Positions 1-9,371 of a stretch of DNA of 64,000 nucleotides are shown piece after piece. The first letter of the stretch is position 1. Each line of letters starts with the position of its first letter. The notes beneath the pieces are model-generated. The model made no database searches. It was given only the letters and a program-made list of their open reading frames with translations, and was not told the DNA's origin. The stretch comes from Anaerohalosphaeraceae bacterium (GTDB taxonomy: Bacteria > Planctomycetota > Phycisphaerae > Sedimentisphaerales > UBA12454), in contig JAIORA010000047.1 of NCBI GenBank assembly GCA_021108375.1, positions 102,476 to 166,475 on the forward strand, given 5' to 3'. Position numbers and translations under genes: made by a program.

Positions 1-1262
1 TGTTTTCAAGAATCCGACACGCCATTATGGCTGGTATCGAGCAGCCAAAACCTATCAGCATCGGAATAAAACTTTTGCCGTGCAGACCGATTTTGTGCAT
101 TATCCTGTCCATTACAAAAGCCGCCCGTGCCATATAACCTGTACCTTCGAGAATAGCAATAGCAGCAAAAAGCAGCATAATGTTCGGCAAAAATATAACC
201 ACCCCGCCGACACCACTTATTATGCCGTCAACAAGAAGCGATTTAATCAGGCTCTCACTTCCAACCGGCCAAAATGAAGCTACGGTTCTGCCAAGCCAGC
301 CGAAAAGTACTTCAAGCATTTCCATTGGCAATTCACCAAATCGAAAAGTCAAATCAAAAACGACATACATCATTGCGATAAATATCGGCAGGCCGAAAAA
401 CTTGTGCGTCAGTACCGTATCAATCATATCGCTTCGGCTATGTCTAAGCTCGATAGTATTCCTGACGACTTCCTGGCACGCACCTGAAATAAAGCCATAC
501 CGCCTGTCTGCCATAACAATTTCCGGCTCATCTCTGAAAATCGACTTCAAATGCGAAACGCTTTTAGCGACCTGTTCTAAAATTTGCGGCTGGTGTCCTT
601 TGTCAAGAATTTCCTTGTCCTGTTCGAGCAGCTTGCTCGCCAGCCATCTCCTGCCATATTTTTTGCAAAGCCTGTCTTCGCTTTCGAGCAGTGGTGCGAT
701 TTTAGCGATTTCATCTTCGATTTCCTTGCCGTAATTAATTCTTTCTGGCGAAGTTTTTTGCCGGGTCTTGGAAATTTCCAGTATCGCATCTAATAAGTCA
801 TTTATGCCTACTGATTTATTACCCACCGTTTCAACTATGCTGATTCCCACCAAGTTAGAAAGTTTTGCCAAATCGAATTCAAGACCTTTACGTTTTGCAA
901 GGTCGCTCATATTGAAAGCCAACACCAGAGGAACATTCATTTCTATCAGCTGAACAGCTAAATAGAGATTCCGTTCGAGGTTTGATGAATCAACAACGGC
1001 AACGACAACATCGGGATGCTCATCGATAATAAAATTTCTGCTGATAATTTCTTCATCGGAATAAGCTGTAAGGCTGTACGTACCCGGCAGGTCGATAAGT
1101 GATATTTCGACTTGTTTGTATTTGCAGGAGCCGGTCTTTTTTTCTACCGTAACGCCTGGATAGTTCCCAACGTGCTGTTTTGCACCGGTGATAGCGTTAA
1201 ATATCGTGGTTTTGCCGCTATTTGGGTTGCCGGCCAGAGCTACGGTTATTTTCTTTGCCATT
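1..1262 (-). CDS. feoB: Ferrous iron transporter FeoB, partial; the N-terminal G-domain and start of the membrane domain are in the window, the gene continues past the window start
   Basis: The minus-strand translation from the ATG at 1262 reads [41 protein letters not shown], the GTP-binding P-loop of FeoB. The frame stays open to position 1. The gene lies immediately downstream of feoA. Confidence 0.85.
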
Positions 1263-1272
1263 TATAATACTT

Positions 1273-1518
1273 TCAGGATTTTTTAGTTTCCACAGTTATT
1301 TTCTGAGCCATCCCCCTGCCAAGAACCATTCTTGTACCTTTGGCTTTTACGACAAATGGGCCGGGGAATCCGTTTTTTACGATGGTGAACTCAACGCCCG
1401 GCAAAAGCCCCATTACAGCCAGCCGTCCCTTAAGTCCGCTGCCGGCATCAACTTTAATAAGTTTCACTTCGCATCCGTCGCTAACTTCTGAAAGCAGCAT
1501 CTGTTTTTTTTCAGACAT
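1273..1518 (-). CDS. feoA: FeoA-family small SH3-like protein
   Basis: 81 aa ORF sitting directly upstream of feoB, the typical FeoA size and position. Confidence 0.75.
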   Translation of the reverse strand: MSEKKQMLLSEVSDGCEVKLIKVDAGSGLKGRLAVMGLLPGVEFTIVKNGFPGPFVVKAKGTRMVLGRGMAQKITVETKKS

Positions 1519-1524
1519 ATTTCC

Positions 1525-1983
1525 TCACCCTTTAATTTCGTAAAATGCCCGGAACTCATCAGTCAGGCTTCTGCCATCCTTTTCATAATCACGAAGGAAA
1601 TCCATAAGCTCCAACAACCTTACAATAACAGCCTGCCCAAGTACATGCTCAGCTTTGCAGGCAGCCTGCTGTGCGATGTTCGGGTCAATGCCAAGAATAT
1701 CAGTAAAAAACGACTCAAGTATTTCATGCCTTTTAGCAACCTTTTCAGCTTCCACAGCACCTTTTGGGGTCATAGTTATAAAGCCGTAAGGCTTATAGTT
1801 CACAAGTTTTTTTTCCGCAAGCGTCCTTAAAGCGCCGGTTACCGAGGCCTGCGAAACTTCAAGTACCTCGGCAATATCCTTACTGCGCGCGACCTTGAAA
1901 CCACCCGGGCCGATAAGGTTAAAAATTGCTTCGAGGTAATCCTCTAGCGAAGCTGTTAATTTGGTTTTTGTCTTTATTGCCAT
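1525..1983 (-). CDS. DtxR/MntR-family metal-dependent transcriptional repressor
   Basis: 152 aa with an N-terminal winged-helix (LEDYLEAI...ARSKDIAEVLEVSQASVTGALRTLAEKKLV) and a dimerisation/metal-binding region. It heads the feoAB operon. Confidence 0.8.
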   Translation of the reverse strand: MAIKTKTKLTASLEDYLEAIFNLIGPGGFKVARSKDIAEVLEVSQASVTGALRTLAEKKLVNYKPYGFITMTPKGAVEAEKVAKRHEILESFFTDILGIDPNIAQQAACKAEHVLGQAVIVRLLELMDFLRDYEKDGRSLTDEFRAFYEIKG

Positions 1984-2020
1984 ATTAAGCCTTACTAAAT
2001 TTATTAGTCAGAGCTAATAT

Positions 2021-2038
2021 AGTTAGGCAAGCCTAACT
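2021..2038. promoter_or_regulatory. DtxR-type operator (iron box) palindrome in the dtxR-feoAB promoter
   Basis: AGTTAGGCaaGCCTAACT is a perfect 8+8 inverted repeat about 38 bp upstream of the dtxR start. It resembles the DtxR/IdeR consensus TTAGGTTAGCCTAACCTAA. A second half-site-like sequence, TAAGGTTAGGG, lies about 60 bp further upstream. Confidence 0.5.
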
Positions 2039-2156
2039 TTGCAAGGGTTTTTTTGAATTTTTTTAACAATGACTCTAACTAACTGTCAAAACTAAGGTTA
2101 GGGAGCGATTTTTTTCAAGGCAAACAATCCTTTTTGGCACATCCAGCGGACAAATT

Positions 2157-2199
2157 CAGGGTAGCTTGTTCGCCAAAATGAATTTTTAGAGGTTCCCTT
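2157..2199. repeat. Short (43 bp) derivative of the interspersed repeat family: the two terminal segments of the roughly 170 bp element joined together
   Basis: CAGGGTAGC|CTTGTTCGCCAAAATGAATTTTTAGAGGTTCCCTT matches both ends of the full copies at 15795-15960 and 26768-26935 but lacks about 130 bp of their interior. Confidence 0.5.
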
Positions 2200-2311
2200 C
2201 GGTATAAACAAGTCGCCATTCTAATAAAATCTGCCGCTTTACAATTTCCACCTGAATACCTATAATGACCATTCAAAAAAACAATTTCACTCGAAATATA
2301 AGGGTTTTCAG

Positions 2312-3976
2312 ATGGCTAAGAATATAGAATTGAATTCATCGAAAAGGTTTAACAACTTCTGGCTCATCGCCTGCCTGCTGGCAGTGCTGCTGGGGGTTAT
2401 CGGCAGTCGTGATATTACCCGCCCTTTTACCGGCCTGCATAGTTGGGCGCAGGCAAACGGAGCGTGGTCTGGACGAACACACGCTGTCTATGGCCTGGGA
2501 TACACAAAAGGGATAAGAACTTTTGCATTGGGGCAGCCGCCTACGGAAACGCCCAAAAGGTATTGGGACCATCCTCAATTAGGTGCCTTGATGGCTGGGG
2601 TAACGATAAAAATTTTCGGTATTAACGAATCATCTATGCGAATAGTCGATTTGATGACGGGATTGGCAAGTTTGTTTGTGTTCCTGCTGATACTGAGGGG
2701 TTTATTCAGCGACGACCGGCCGGTAATACTCTCGGCACTGCTGCTGATATTGATGCCGCTGATAGGATATTTCGGGATGGGAAGCTGGGCGAATTTACTA
2801 ATTTTCGGGAGCATATACTTTTACCTTGTATGCATAAAAGGGCTGAACAATAATCCTGAGCCTAAACTGCGACACAGGGTCGGGCTGGGCGCGTGTCTGT
2901 TTCTATGCCTGCAATTCAGCTGGATGGGTTTTTTCTATGCGTTTGCTATCGGCAGCCATTACGTTTTGAGTTGCATCATAAAAAAACGCAGGCCTGACTG
3001 GGGGCTATTGAGCATACTCTTTTTTGCTCCGGTTGTGAGTCTGATGATTACGTTTTTGATTATGGCAGGCGGATATGACTGGGATGTTAGTAAAATTATT
3101 GAGCTTTATAAATGGCGTTCTGCTAAAGGCGAGATGCAGAATATGCAGGTTTTTGACTGGGGGAAATGGTTTAGTAAGTTATGGCAATATTGCGTAGAAG
3201 ATTTTACAAAGCCCCTGCTCATTTTATCTATGATTTATTTCACTATCGGCCAATTATTTGTTTTTATGGAAACAGACAAAGACTCAGCCAGCGACAGGAG
3301 AAGCAAACAATTTCCAGTTCCGTGGCTTTTTATATTCCCTGCGATTTTGTTCCTTATGGTCTTTCGCGGACTCGTCTGGAAGCATCAATACTGGATTAGG
3401 CCGTTAGCTGTACCGATAGCGATAGCGACGGCGCTGGCGATTTTGATGGTTGGAGATTTTATTAAGAGAACAAATAAAAAGGCTGGCATTGTTGCGATTG
3501 TACTGCTTGTTGCGATGACAGCGAGCTTTTGTGTTGTTGGGACAAATCATTTCCATTCTGTGCGGTGGCAGGCGCAGGCTAAGGTTGATATGTTCAAAAA
3601 GCTCAACTCCATAATCCCGCTTGATAAAAGACTGCTGAGCTTTGAGGATTTTATCGTTAATCAGCACAAGTCAAAGGGTGGATTTATTCGGCCGGAAATC
3701 GCGTGGTATCTGGATAGGGAAATTGATGTAGCCAGAAGCGTTGAGCAGGTTCAGCAGATGGCCAAAACCGGCAAGTACCCGTATTATCTTATGCCGTTAT
3801 CTCTTTATGACCAGAAAACGACACAATATCTTAGCCAGCTTAGTAACCAGCTCAGGAATATATACAGGTTTGAATATGTTGCGGGGGCCGCTGGCGAGCG
3901 AACCAAAGACGGCAAGTTTCTTAAGGCCGGGATGAACGCGTATATAATATTTGACCTGAATAGCAAAGCGAAATGA
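2312..3976 (+). CDS. Polytopic membrane protein with a C-terminal soluble domain, possibly a GT-C-fold (ArnT/PMT-like) glycosyltransferase
   Basis: 554 aa with about 11 predicted TM helices in the N-terminal two thirds and a hydrophilic C-terminal domain. The overall architecture resembles the second GT-C-like gene at 41421-42983, but the DE motif is not evident. Confidence 0.35.
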   Translation: MAKNIELNSSKRFNNFWLIACLLAVLLGVIGSRDITRPFTGLHSWAQANGAWSGRTHAVYGLGYTKGIRTFALGQPPTETPKRYWDHPQLGALMAGVTIKIFGINESSMRIVDLMTGLASLFVFLLILRGLFSDDRPVILSALLLILMPLIGYFGMGSWANLLIFGSIYFYLVCIKGLNNNPEPKLRHRVGLGACLFLCLQFSWMGFFYAFAIGSHYVLSCIIKKRRPDWGLLSILFFAPVVSLMITFLIMAGGYDWDVSKIIELYKWRSAKGEMQNMQVFDWGKWFSKLWQYCVEDFTKPLLILSMIYFTIGQLFVFMETDKDSASDRRSKQFPVPWLFIFPAILFLMVFRGLVWKHQYWIRPLAVPIAIATALAILMVGDFIKRTNKKAGIVAIVLLVAMTASFCVVGTNHFHSVRWQAQAKVDMFKKLNSIIPLDKRLLSFEDFIVNQHKSKGGFIRPEIAWYLDREIDVARSVEQVQQMAKTGKYPYYLMPLSLYDQKTTQYLSQLSNQLRNIYRFEYVAGAAGERTKDGKFLKAGMNAYIIFDLNSKAK

Positions 3977-3996
3977 TTTGGACACTTTCAGTAGGA

Positions 3997-5148
3997 TTAC
4001 TTTTTCAACGTAAAGTACAAAATGTTGTACATAGCCTTTAGCAGGCTCATTGTATTGCAGATGATATTAGAATACGACTGATTGGCGAGCGGACAGTGGC
4101 ACTGCTTGTTCTTAATTGATTTCCTTATCTCCGCGGCTTTGGGACTTCGCCAAACCTTCCAGAAATTATAATCACTATCCCGCAAATTGCCCATTGACGC
4201 TGAATAGCCCAGAACGCAGCAAGGCCATAAATCGCCATACGGAGTTAAATGGACATTCGATATTCCACCAAAACAAGGAATTACCTGCCTTTGCTGCTTG
4301 ACGATTTTGATGGCCAAATCATAATAAACCAGCCTTAAAGATTCTGTTACCTTGGCCAGCGAGCGTTTTTTGCGAAGATTCTCCCTTACCTTCTCAGCGA
4401 AAGAGGCCATCAATTCCGCGTATTCATCGGCAGTTGGTGTTATGGGGTCGCCGATATTCAAAAACTCCTGACGCTGCTCAGCGATTTCGTTTCTGTAACT
4501 TTGTATGCCGAGAGAATGGACAAACTCTTCGATTTCATCGAGATGAGCTTTATTAAAATTCGAGACTACTGTACCAAGTTCGAGATGAAAATTGTCATAT
4601 TCGGTTTCAATTTCCTTGAGCAACTTGATAGTCTCAAGCAGCTTTTCCCAGTTGCCATCAACGCCACGAATTTCATCGTGTAAAGGCCCTATGCCATCAA
4701 TTGAGGGCTTAACGGTGAAAACCGTAAACGGCGATTTTTCTTTTATGATTTTTAGAATCCGCTGGGTATGGGCAACGATTTTTTCAGGAGCCAGCGCATT
4801 GGTTGGACTGTGAATTATTGCAGGTTTGAGATGCTCTATGGCTGCTTCCACAATTTCAGGAAGGTCATTTCTCAGGAACGGCTCGCCGCCGCTTATATTG
4901 AAAAAATAGACCCTGCCCATAGATTTGAAAATTTTTCTTATCTCGTCAATGGTCAACTCGTCTTTGAAGTTCTGGTGCTTTTCGGGGTAAATCTTCCAAA
5001 TATTGCAGGTTTTGCACCTGCTTTGGCAAACATTGGTAACCGAAAAGGTTAGCGTAATCGGCCGAGGCGCAGGGCCGAGCCTGTGATAGGCCAATTTGAA
5101 GCCGAGCGTTTTGGGGTATATGTAAGTTAAGAAATCTTTAAAATTCAT
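3997..5148 (-). CDS. Radical SAM enzyme with a C-terminal SPASM/twitch auxiliary Fe-S domain
   Basis: CQSRCKTC (CxxxCxxC) near the N-terminus, a GGEPFL motif, and a Cys-rich C-terminus (CFGG...WPCCVLGY...CHCP). Confidence 0.8.
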   Translation of the reverse strand: MNFKDFLTYIYPKTLGFKLAYHRLGPAPRPITLTFSVTNVCQSRCKTCNIWKIYPEKHQNFKDELTIDEIRKIFKSMGRVYFFNISGGEPFLRNDLPEIVEAAIEHLKPAIIHSPTNALAPEKIVAHTQRILKIIKEKSPFTVFTVKPSIDGIGPLHDEIRGVDGNWEKLLETIKLLKEIETEYDNFHLELGTVVSNFNKAHLDEIEEFVHSLGIQSYRNEIAEQRQEFLNIGDPITPTADEYAELMASFAEKVRENLRKKRSLAKVTESLRLVYYDLAIKIVKQQRQVIPCFGGISNVHLTPYGDLWPCCVLGYSASMGNLRDSDYNFWKVWRSPKAAEIRKSIKNKQCHCPLANQSYSNIICNTMSLLKAMYNILYFTLKK

Positions 5149-5298
5149 TACTGTTCAGCCAAATTTAAGGTATTTGCCGCTATTTGATATGATTTTAGCG
5201 TCTTTTTCAAGATAAATAAGCATTTCACAGCTTGTATCGGTATAAAATACTAAAAAAAAGCTGGAAAAACAGCTCATTGTCCGTAAAATGCGGGACTT

Positions 5299-5766
5299 AT
5301 GAAATTTATGCTTATAGATAAAATACTGGATTTTGAGCTTGGAAAACAGCTTAGAGCGGTAAAAAACGTTTCGATGGCAGAGGAATATCTGTCTGACCAT
5401 TTTCCAATTTTCCCGGTTCTGCCTGGCGTTTTTCTGCTGCAGGGACTGATAGAATCGGCATCGTGGCTGGTTCGCAAAAGCGAAAATTTTGCCCATAGTA
5501 TGGTATTGCTAACTGAGGCAAAAAATGTAAAATACAAGAGTTTCGCGGCACCATCGATGAAAATCGAATATACCGTTACCGCAAAAATGCTCGAAGAAAA
5601 CCTTAGCAGCTTTACAGGTAAAGGTGTTTGCGGAGATAAGCAGATAGTCGAGGCTCGTATAGGTCTCAGACATTTTAATCTCTCTGATGCCGATAGCAGC
5701 AAAGCTACACAGGATGCGTACATAATAGAAAGCCTGAAGAGACGCTTTGAGCTTTTGAAAAATTAG
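5299..5766 (+). CDS. FabZ/FabA-like (hotdog fold) 3-hydroxyacyl-ACP dehydratase
   Basis: DHFPIFPVLPGVFLLQGLIESASW matches the FabZ catalytic His/Glu motif HFPxxPxxPGVLxxE. 155 aa. Confidence 0.8.
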   Translation: MKFMLIDKILDFELGKQLRAVKNVSMAEEYLSDHFPIFPVLPGVFLLQGLIESASWLVRKSENFAHSMVLLTEAKNVKYKSFAAPSMKIEYTVTAKMLEENLSSFTGKGVCGDKQIVEARIGLRHFNLSDADSSKATQDAYIIESLKRRFELLKN

Positions 5767-5819
5767 AAACCAAAAAAGAATTGTCAATTGATATTAAATT
5801 TTAGCCGGAGGTTATTTGT

Positions 5820-6212
5820 ATGGCAATGAGTCGCGAACAAATTTTGAAAGAGATACAAGAGGTTCTTATCGATGCACTTGGCGTTGATGATGATGAGGTT
5901 ACACCTGAGGCAACATTGATGGGCGATCTTGGCGCAGAGAGTATTGACTTTCTGGATATCGTTTTCAGAATGGAAAAATCCTTCGACCTTAAAATTCCGC
6001 GTGAAGAATTGTTCCCTGCTGAGGCGCTGATGGGTAGTGAAGAATATGTTAAAGATGGCAAACTGACAGAAAAAGGCCTTCAGGAACTTCGTGATAAAAT
6101 GCCGCATAGCGATATATCCAGGTTTGAGGCTGACCCTGATGTAAACAAGATAGGTGATTTGTTTACGGTCGATGCGTTGGTTAATTTTGTTGACGCAAGA
6201 CTTAATAAATAG
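5820..6212 (+). CDS. Acyl carrier protein with an unusual C-terminal extension of about 50 aa
   Basis: DLGAESIDFLDIVFRME matches the ACP phosphopantetheine-attachment motif DLGADSLD. 130 aa, versus about 78 aa for a typical ACP. Confidence 0.75.
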   Translation: MAMSREQILKEIQEVLIDALGVDDDEVTPEATLMGDLGAESIDFLDIVFRMEKSFDLKIPREELFPAEALMGSEEYVKDGKLTEKGLQELRDKMPHSDISRFEADPDVNKIGDLFTVDALVNFVDARLNK

Positions 6213-6250
6213 TGCGATGTGAAACGGCCAGCTAAAAGTGGCGACATACT

Positions 6251-6739
6251 ATGCGATGGATATGGATAGACAAATTCACTGAGTTTAACAGTGGTAAAAA
6301 TGCGGTAGCGATAAAGAATATCACTATGGCAGAGGAGCATATACACGACCATTTTCCGGGTTTTCCGATAATGCCGGAATGCCTGATGATAGAAGCGATG
6401 GCTCAAACGGCTGGAATACTTGTAGGCCAGGCCCGTGATTATAAGGAAAAAGTAATCCTCGCTAAAATCAATAAAGCGGTGTTCTTTCGCTATGCCAAAC
6501 CCGGTGATACGCTCGAAATTCACGCTAAAATCAACTCAATAGCAGACGAAGCGGCCAGTACCAAAGGTAAGATTGTATGCGACGGAAAAACCGTTGCCGA
6601 AATCGACCTTATGTTCAGCCATATCGACCAGAACTTAGCGGGGGCAGAATTTCCTGAAGAAAATTTCGTCTTCACCGAGCTGTTCTCTGTTGTGTTAAGG
6701 AATTCCGGAGTGCCGGGCCCTAATATGGAGCTGAATTGA
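6251..6739 (+). CDS. Second FabZ/FabA-like hotdog dehydratase
   Basis: DHFPGFPIMPECLMIEAMAQTAG motif. 162 aa. Confidence 0.75.
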   Translation: MRWIWIDKFTEFNSGKNAVAIKNITMAEEHIHDHFPGFPIMPECLMIEAMAQTAGILVGQARDYKEKVILAKINKAVFFRYAKPGDTLEIHAKINSIADEAASTKGKIVCDGKTVAEIDLMFSHIDQNLAGAEFPEENFVFTELFSVVLRNSGVPGPNMELN

Positions 6740-8052
6740 TGACTGTGCGCAGAGCCGTTATAACCGGACTCGGAGCGATAACGCCGTTGGGTCTGAGCTA
6801 TAAAGATTTATGGTCAAGATTGTGCGAGGGCAGAAGCGGAATTGATACGATAAAAGCCTTTGACGCGTCCGGGTTTACCTGTCAAATTGCCGGTGAGGTG
6901 GGCGATTTTAAAATTCGCGACCATATCCAAAAATCGCAGCGTAAAACGACCAAGCTTATGTCGAGGGATATTGAGCTTGCGATAATCGCCAGCAACGAAG
7001 CGTTCGCGGATGCGGGATTGGTTACCAGGGCGACCGATGAAGCGAACGTAACAATCAATCCTGCCAAAACTGCTATATGCTTAGGCGCTGGACTGATAAG
7101 CTGCGACCTCATCGAGCTTGCGCCAGCAGTTGCAAAGAGTATTTCCGATGGCAAATTTGACATCCGAAAATGGGGCAAGGACGGACTCGATGCACTTACG
7201 CCGGTTTGGCTGCTGAAGTATCTGCCTAATATGCTCGCCTGCCACGTTGGGATTACTCACGATATTCAGGGGCCGAGCAATACGATAACCTGCGCTGAAG
7301 TTGCGAGCCTCTTGGCGATTGCGGAAGCGACACAAATAATACAGAGGGGTTCGGCGGAAATGGCATTGGCCGGCGGCGGCGAGGCAAAAGTGAATCCGAT
7401 GGTACTGATTAAACAGTGCCTTAACAAACGAGCGATTGCAGATTACGATGGCGACCCGCAGGATGCGTGCAGGCCTTTCGATGCCAAGGCTGGCGGCTCG
7501 GTGTTCGGCGAAGCGGCGGCGAATGTTATAATCGAATCGGCAGAGGCGGCAGAAAAACGTGGTGCGAAAATTTATGCTGAGCTTGCAGGCCTTGGCCAGA
7601 GCAATAGCTTAAACGCAGATTACCGCCATCTCGAAAAGAACGGCAAGGGATTACAAATCGCAATTGAAGAGGCGATTAGCCAGGCGGGAATTTCGCCGGA
7701 AGAAATCGGCCTTATAATTCCGCACGGCTCGGCAATAGCCTGCGATGACACAGCAGAGGCGACAGCGATTTATAACGCTACGAATGGCAAAGCAGAAAAC
7801 ATTTCCACCCTGCCAACCAAGAGTATGGTCAGTAATACCGGAGCGGCCGGCGGAGCGATAGATGTAATAGCTGCCTGCTGTGCGATGGAGGCTGGTGTAA
7901 TACCGGCAGCTAAGAATTTTAACACCCCTGCCGATGGCTGCAAACTCAATATACCTTTGAAACCTGTCGAAAAGAAAATTAAATACGCACTGTGCTGCGG
8001 CTATACATACGGCGGACAGACAGCGGCAGTAATATTGAAGAACATAAAATAA
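6736..8052 (+). CDS. Beta-ketoacyl-ACP synthase-like protein lacking the second catalytic His; a chain-length-factor-like partner subunit
   Basis: Thiolase fold with N-terminal VITGLGAITPLG. The first His is present (IIPHGSAIACDD). The conserved KSxxGH motif reads KSMVSNTGAAGG, with Asn in place of His. The start overlaps the upstream dehydratase. Confidence 0.8.
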   Translation: MMTVRRAVITGLGAITPLGLSYKDLWSRLCEGRSGIDTIKAFDASGFTCQIAGEVGDFKIRDHIQKSQRKTTKLMSRDIELAIIASNEAFADAGLVTRATDEANVTINPAKTAICLGAGLISCDLIELAPAVAKSISDGKFDIRKWGKDGLDALTPVWLLKYLPNMLACHVGITHDIQGPSNTITCAEVASLLAIAEATQIIQRGSAEMALAGGGEAKVNPMVLIKQCLNKRAIADYDGDPQDACRPFDAKAGGSVFGEAAANVIIESAEAAEKRGAKIYAELAGLGQSNSLNADYRHLEKNGKGLQIAIEEAISQAGISPEEIGLIIPHGSAIACDDTAEATAIYNATNGKAENISTLPTKSMVSNTGAAGGAIDVIAACCAMEAGVIPAAKNFNTPADGCKLNIPLKPVEKKIKYALCCGYTYGGQTAAVILKNIK

Positions 8053-9371
8053 TGGAAAAGCTCACGAAAAACAGAGTTGTTATAACCGGGACGGGAATTA
8101 TCTGCCCGCTGGGCAATGACGTTGAGACAATGTGGAAAAAAATGCTCAACTGTGAAAACGGTATAGGCAAAACAACCATATTCGACGCATCGGGATTTCC
8201 GACGAAATTTTGTGCTGAGGTCAAAGATTACGACATCACAAAATACACAAAGAACCCGCAACTCCACCAACACAGTAACAGGCATAGCGGTTTCGTGATT
8301 GGGGCTTGTACGCAGGCTTGCAAACAGGCTGGTATAGAAATTGACAGCCAAAGCCCTGCCGATGGAATCGACCGCAAAAGGCTTGGGGTATATCTCGGAG
8401 CCGGCGAAGGTGCGGTCGATAACGACAACTTTTTTGGCGCTATTGTCGCTGGCTGGAACGATGAGAACGGCCAAATGGACTGGAAAAAATGGGCAGAGGA
8501 TGCGTTTGAGAAAATGGACGCTGACAACGAACTTGAGCAGGAACCAAATATGCCCGCAGCTCACGTTGCGGTTTTGACCGGAGCAAGAGGCGTTTCCAGA
8601 AGCTGCCTTACTGCTTGCGCTGCCAGTACGCAGGCAATCGGCGAAGCGTTTAAAATAATCCAGGCCGGCGATGCAGACGTGATGATAGCAGGCGGAGCTC
8701 ATTCCATGATTCATCCGCTCGGGGTAACCGGATTCAATAGGCTTACCGCCCTTTCGATAAGAAACGATAGTCCGGACACAGCATCGAGACCATTTTCCGC
8801 AACAAGAGATGGCTTCGTAATCGGCGAAGGTGCGGCGATAATAATTATCGAAACACTCGAATCGGCTAAGAAGCGAAACGCAAAAATTCTTGCCGAGATA
8901 ATCGGTTACGGCAGCAGCAGCGATGCGTTCCGAGTTACCGATATGCACGAAGAAGCTCGCGGCGCGGTCAAATCTTTGAACGATGCGTTCGCCGATGCCG
9001 GAATAAGTTACAAGGACATCGAATATATCAGCACTCACGGAACGAGTACCTCCGAAAACGATTCCATTGAGACGCTGGCGATAAAAACCGCGTTCAGGGA
9101 GCACGCAAAAAAGATTCCTGTGAGCAGTGTTAAGAGTATGCTCGGCCATCTGATTGGTGCTGCTGGCGCTGCGGAGATGATAACCTGCGTATTGGCGATA
9201 CGGGATAAAATTCTGCCGCCAACAATAAATTTAAACGACCCCGACCCTGCTTTGGATTTGGATTATGTGCCTAACAAGCCGAGAGAAGCTGAAATCGAAA
9301 TCGCTCTTAGCGAATCTTTCGGCTTTGGTGGGCAAAATGACGTGGTGATTATGCGGAAATTCACAGGGTAG
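8052..9371 (+). CDS. Beta-ketoacyl-ACP synthase (FabF/FabB-like) with the complete Cys-His-His triad
   Basis: TACAAS active-site Cys, HGTSTSEND, and KSMLGHLIGAAGAAE. The start ATG at 8052 overlaps the KS-like stop (TAATG). The ORF-track start at 7992 is an in-frame upstream extension. Confidence 0.85.
   Translation: MEKLTKNRVVITGTGIICPLGNDVETMWKKMLNCENGIGKTTIFDASGFPTKFCAEVKDYDITKYTKNPQLHQHSNRHSGFVIGACTQACKQAGIEIDSQSPADGIDRKRLGVYLGAGEGAVDNDNFFGAIVAGWNDENGQMDWKKWAEDAFEKMDADNELEQEPNMPAAHVAVLTGARGVSRSCLTACAASTQAIGEAFKIIQAGDADVMIAGGAHSMIHPLGVTGFNRLTALSIRNDSPDTASRPFSATRDGFVIGEGAAIIIIETLESAKKRNAKILAEIIGYGSSSDAFRVTDMHEEARGAVKSLNDAFADAGISYKDIEYISTHGTSTSENDSIETLAIKTAFREHAKKIPVSSVKSMLGHLIGAAGAAEMITCVLAIRDKILPPTINLNDPDPALDLDYVPNKPREAEIEIALSESFGFGGQNDVVIMRKFTG

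Noticed and set aside
80-953. Several plus-strand ORFs of 61-184 aa in the first kb
   Set aside because: They lie antisense to, or in an alternative frame of, the FeoB coding region, whose translation is unambiguous. They are low-complexity Ser/Leu-rich products.
8001-9149. 382-aa ORF on the minus strand entirely inside the KS gene
   Set aside because: It is antisense to a well-supported beta-ketoacyl synthase with all catalytic motifs. Its translation is Cys/Arg-rich with no domain features, a typical shadow ORF in GC-biased coding sequence.
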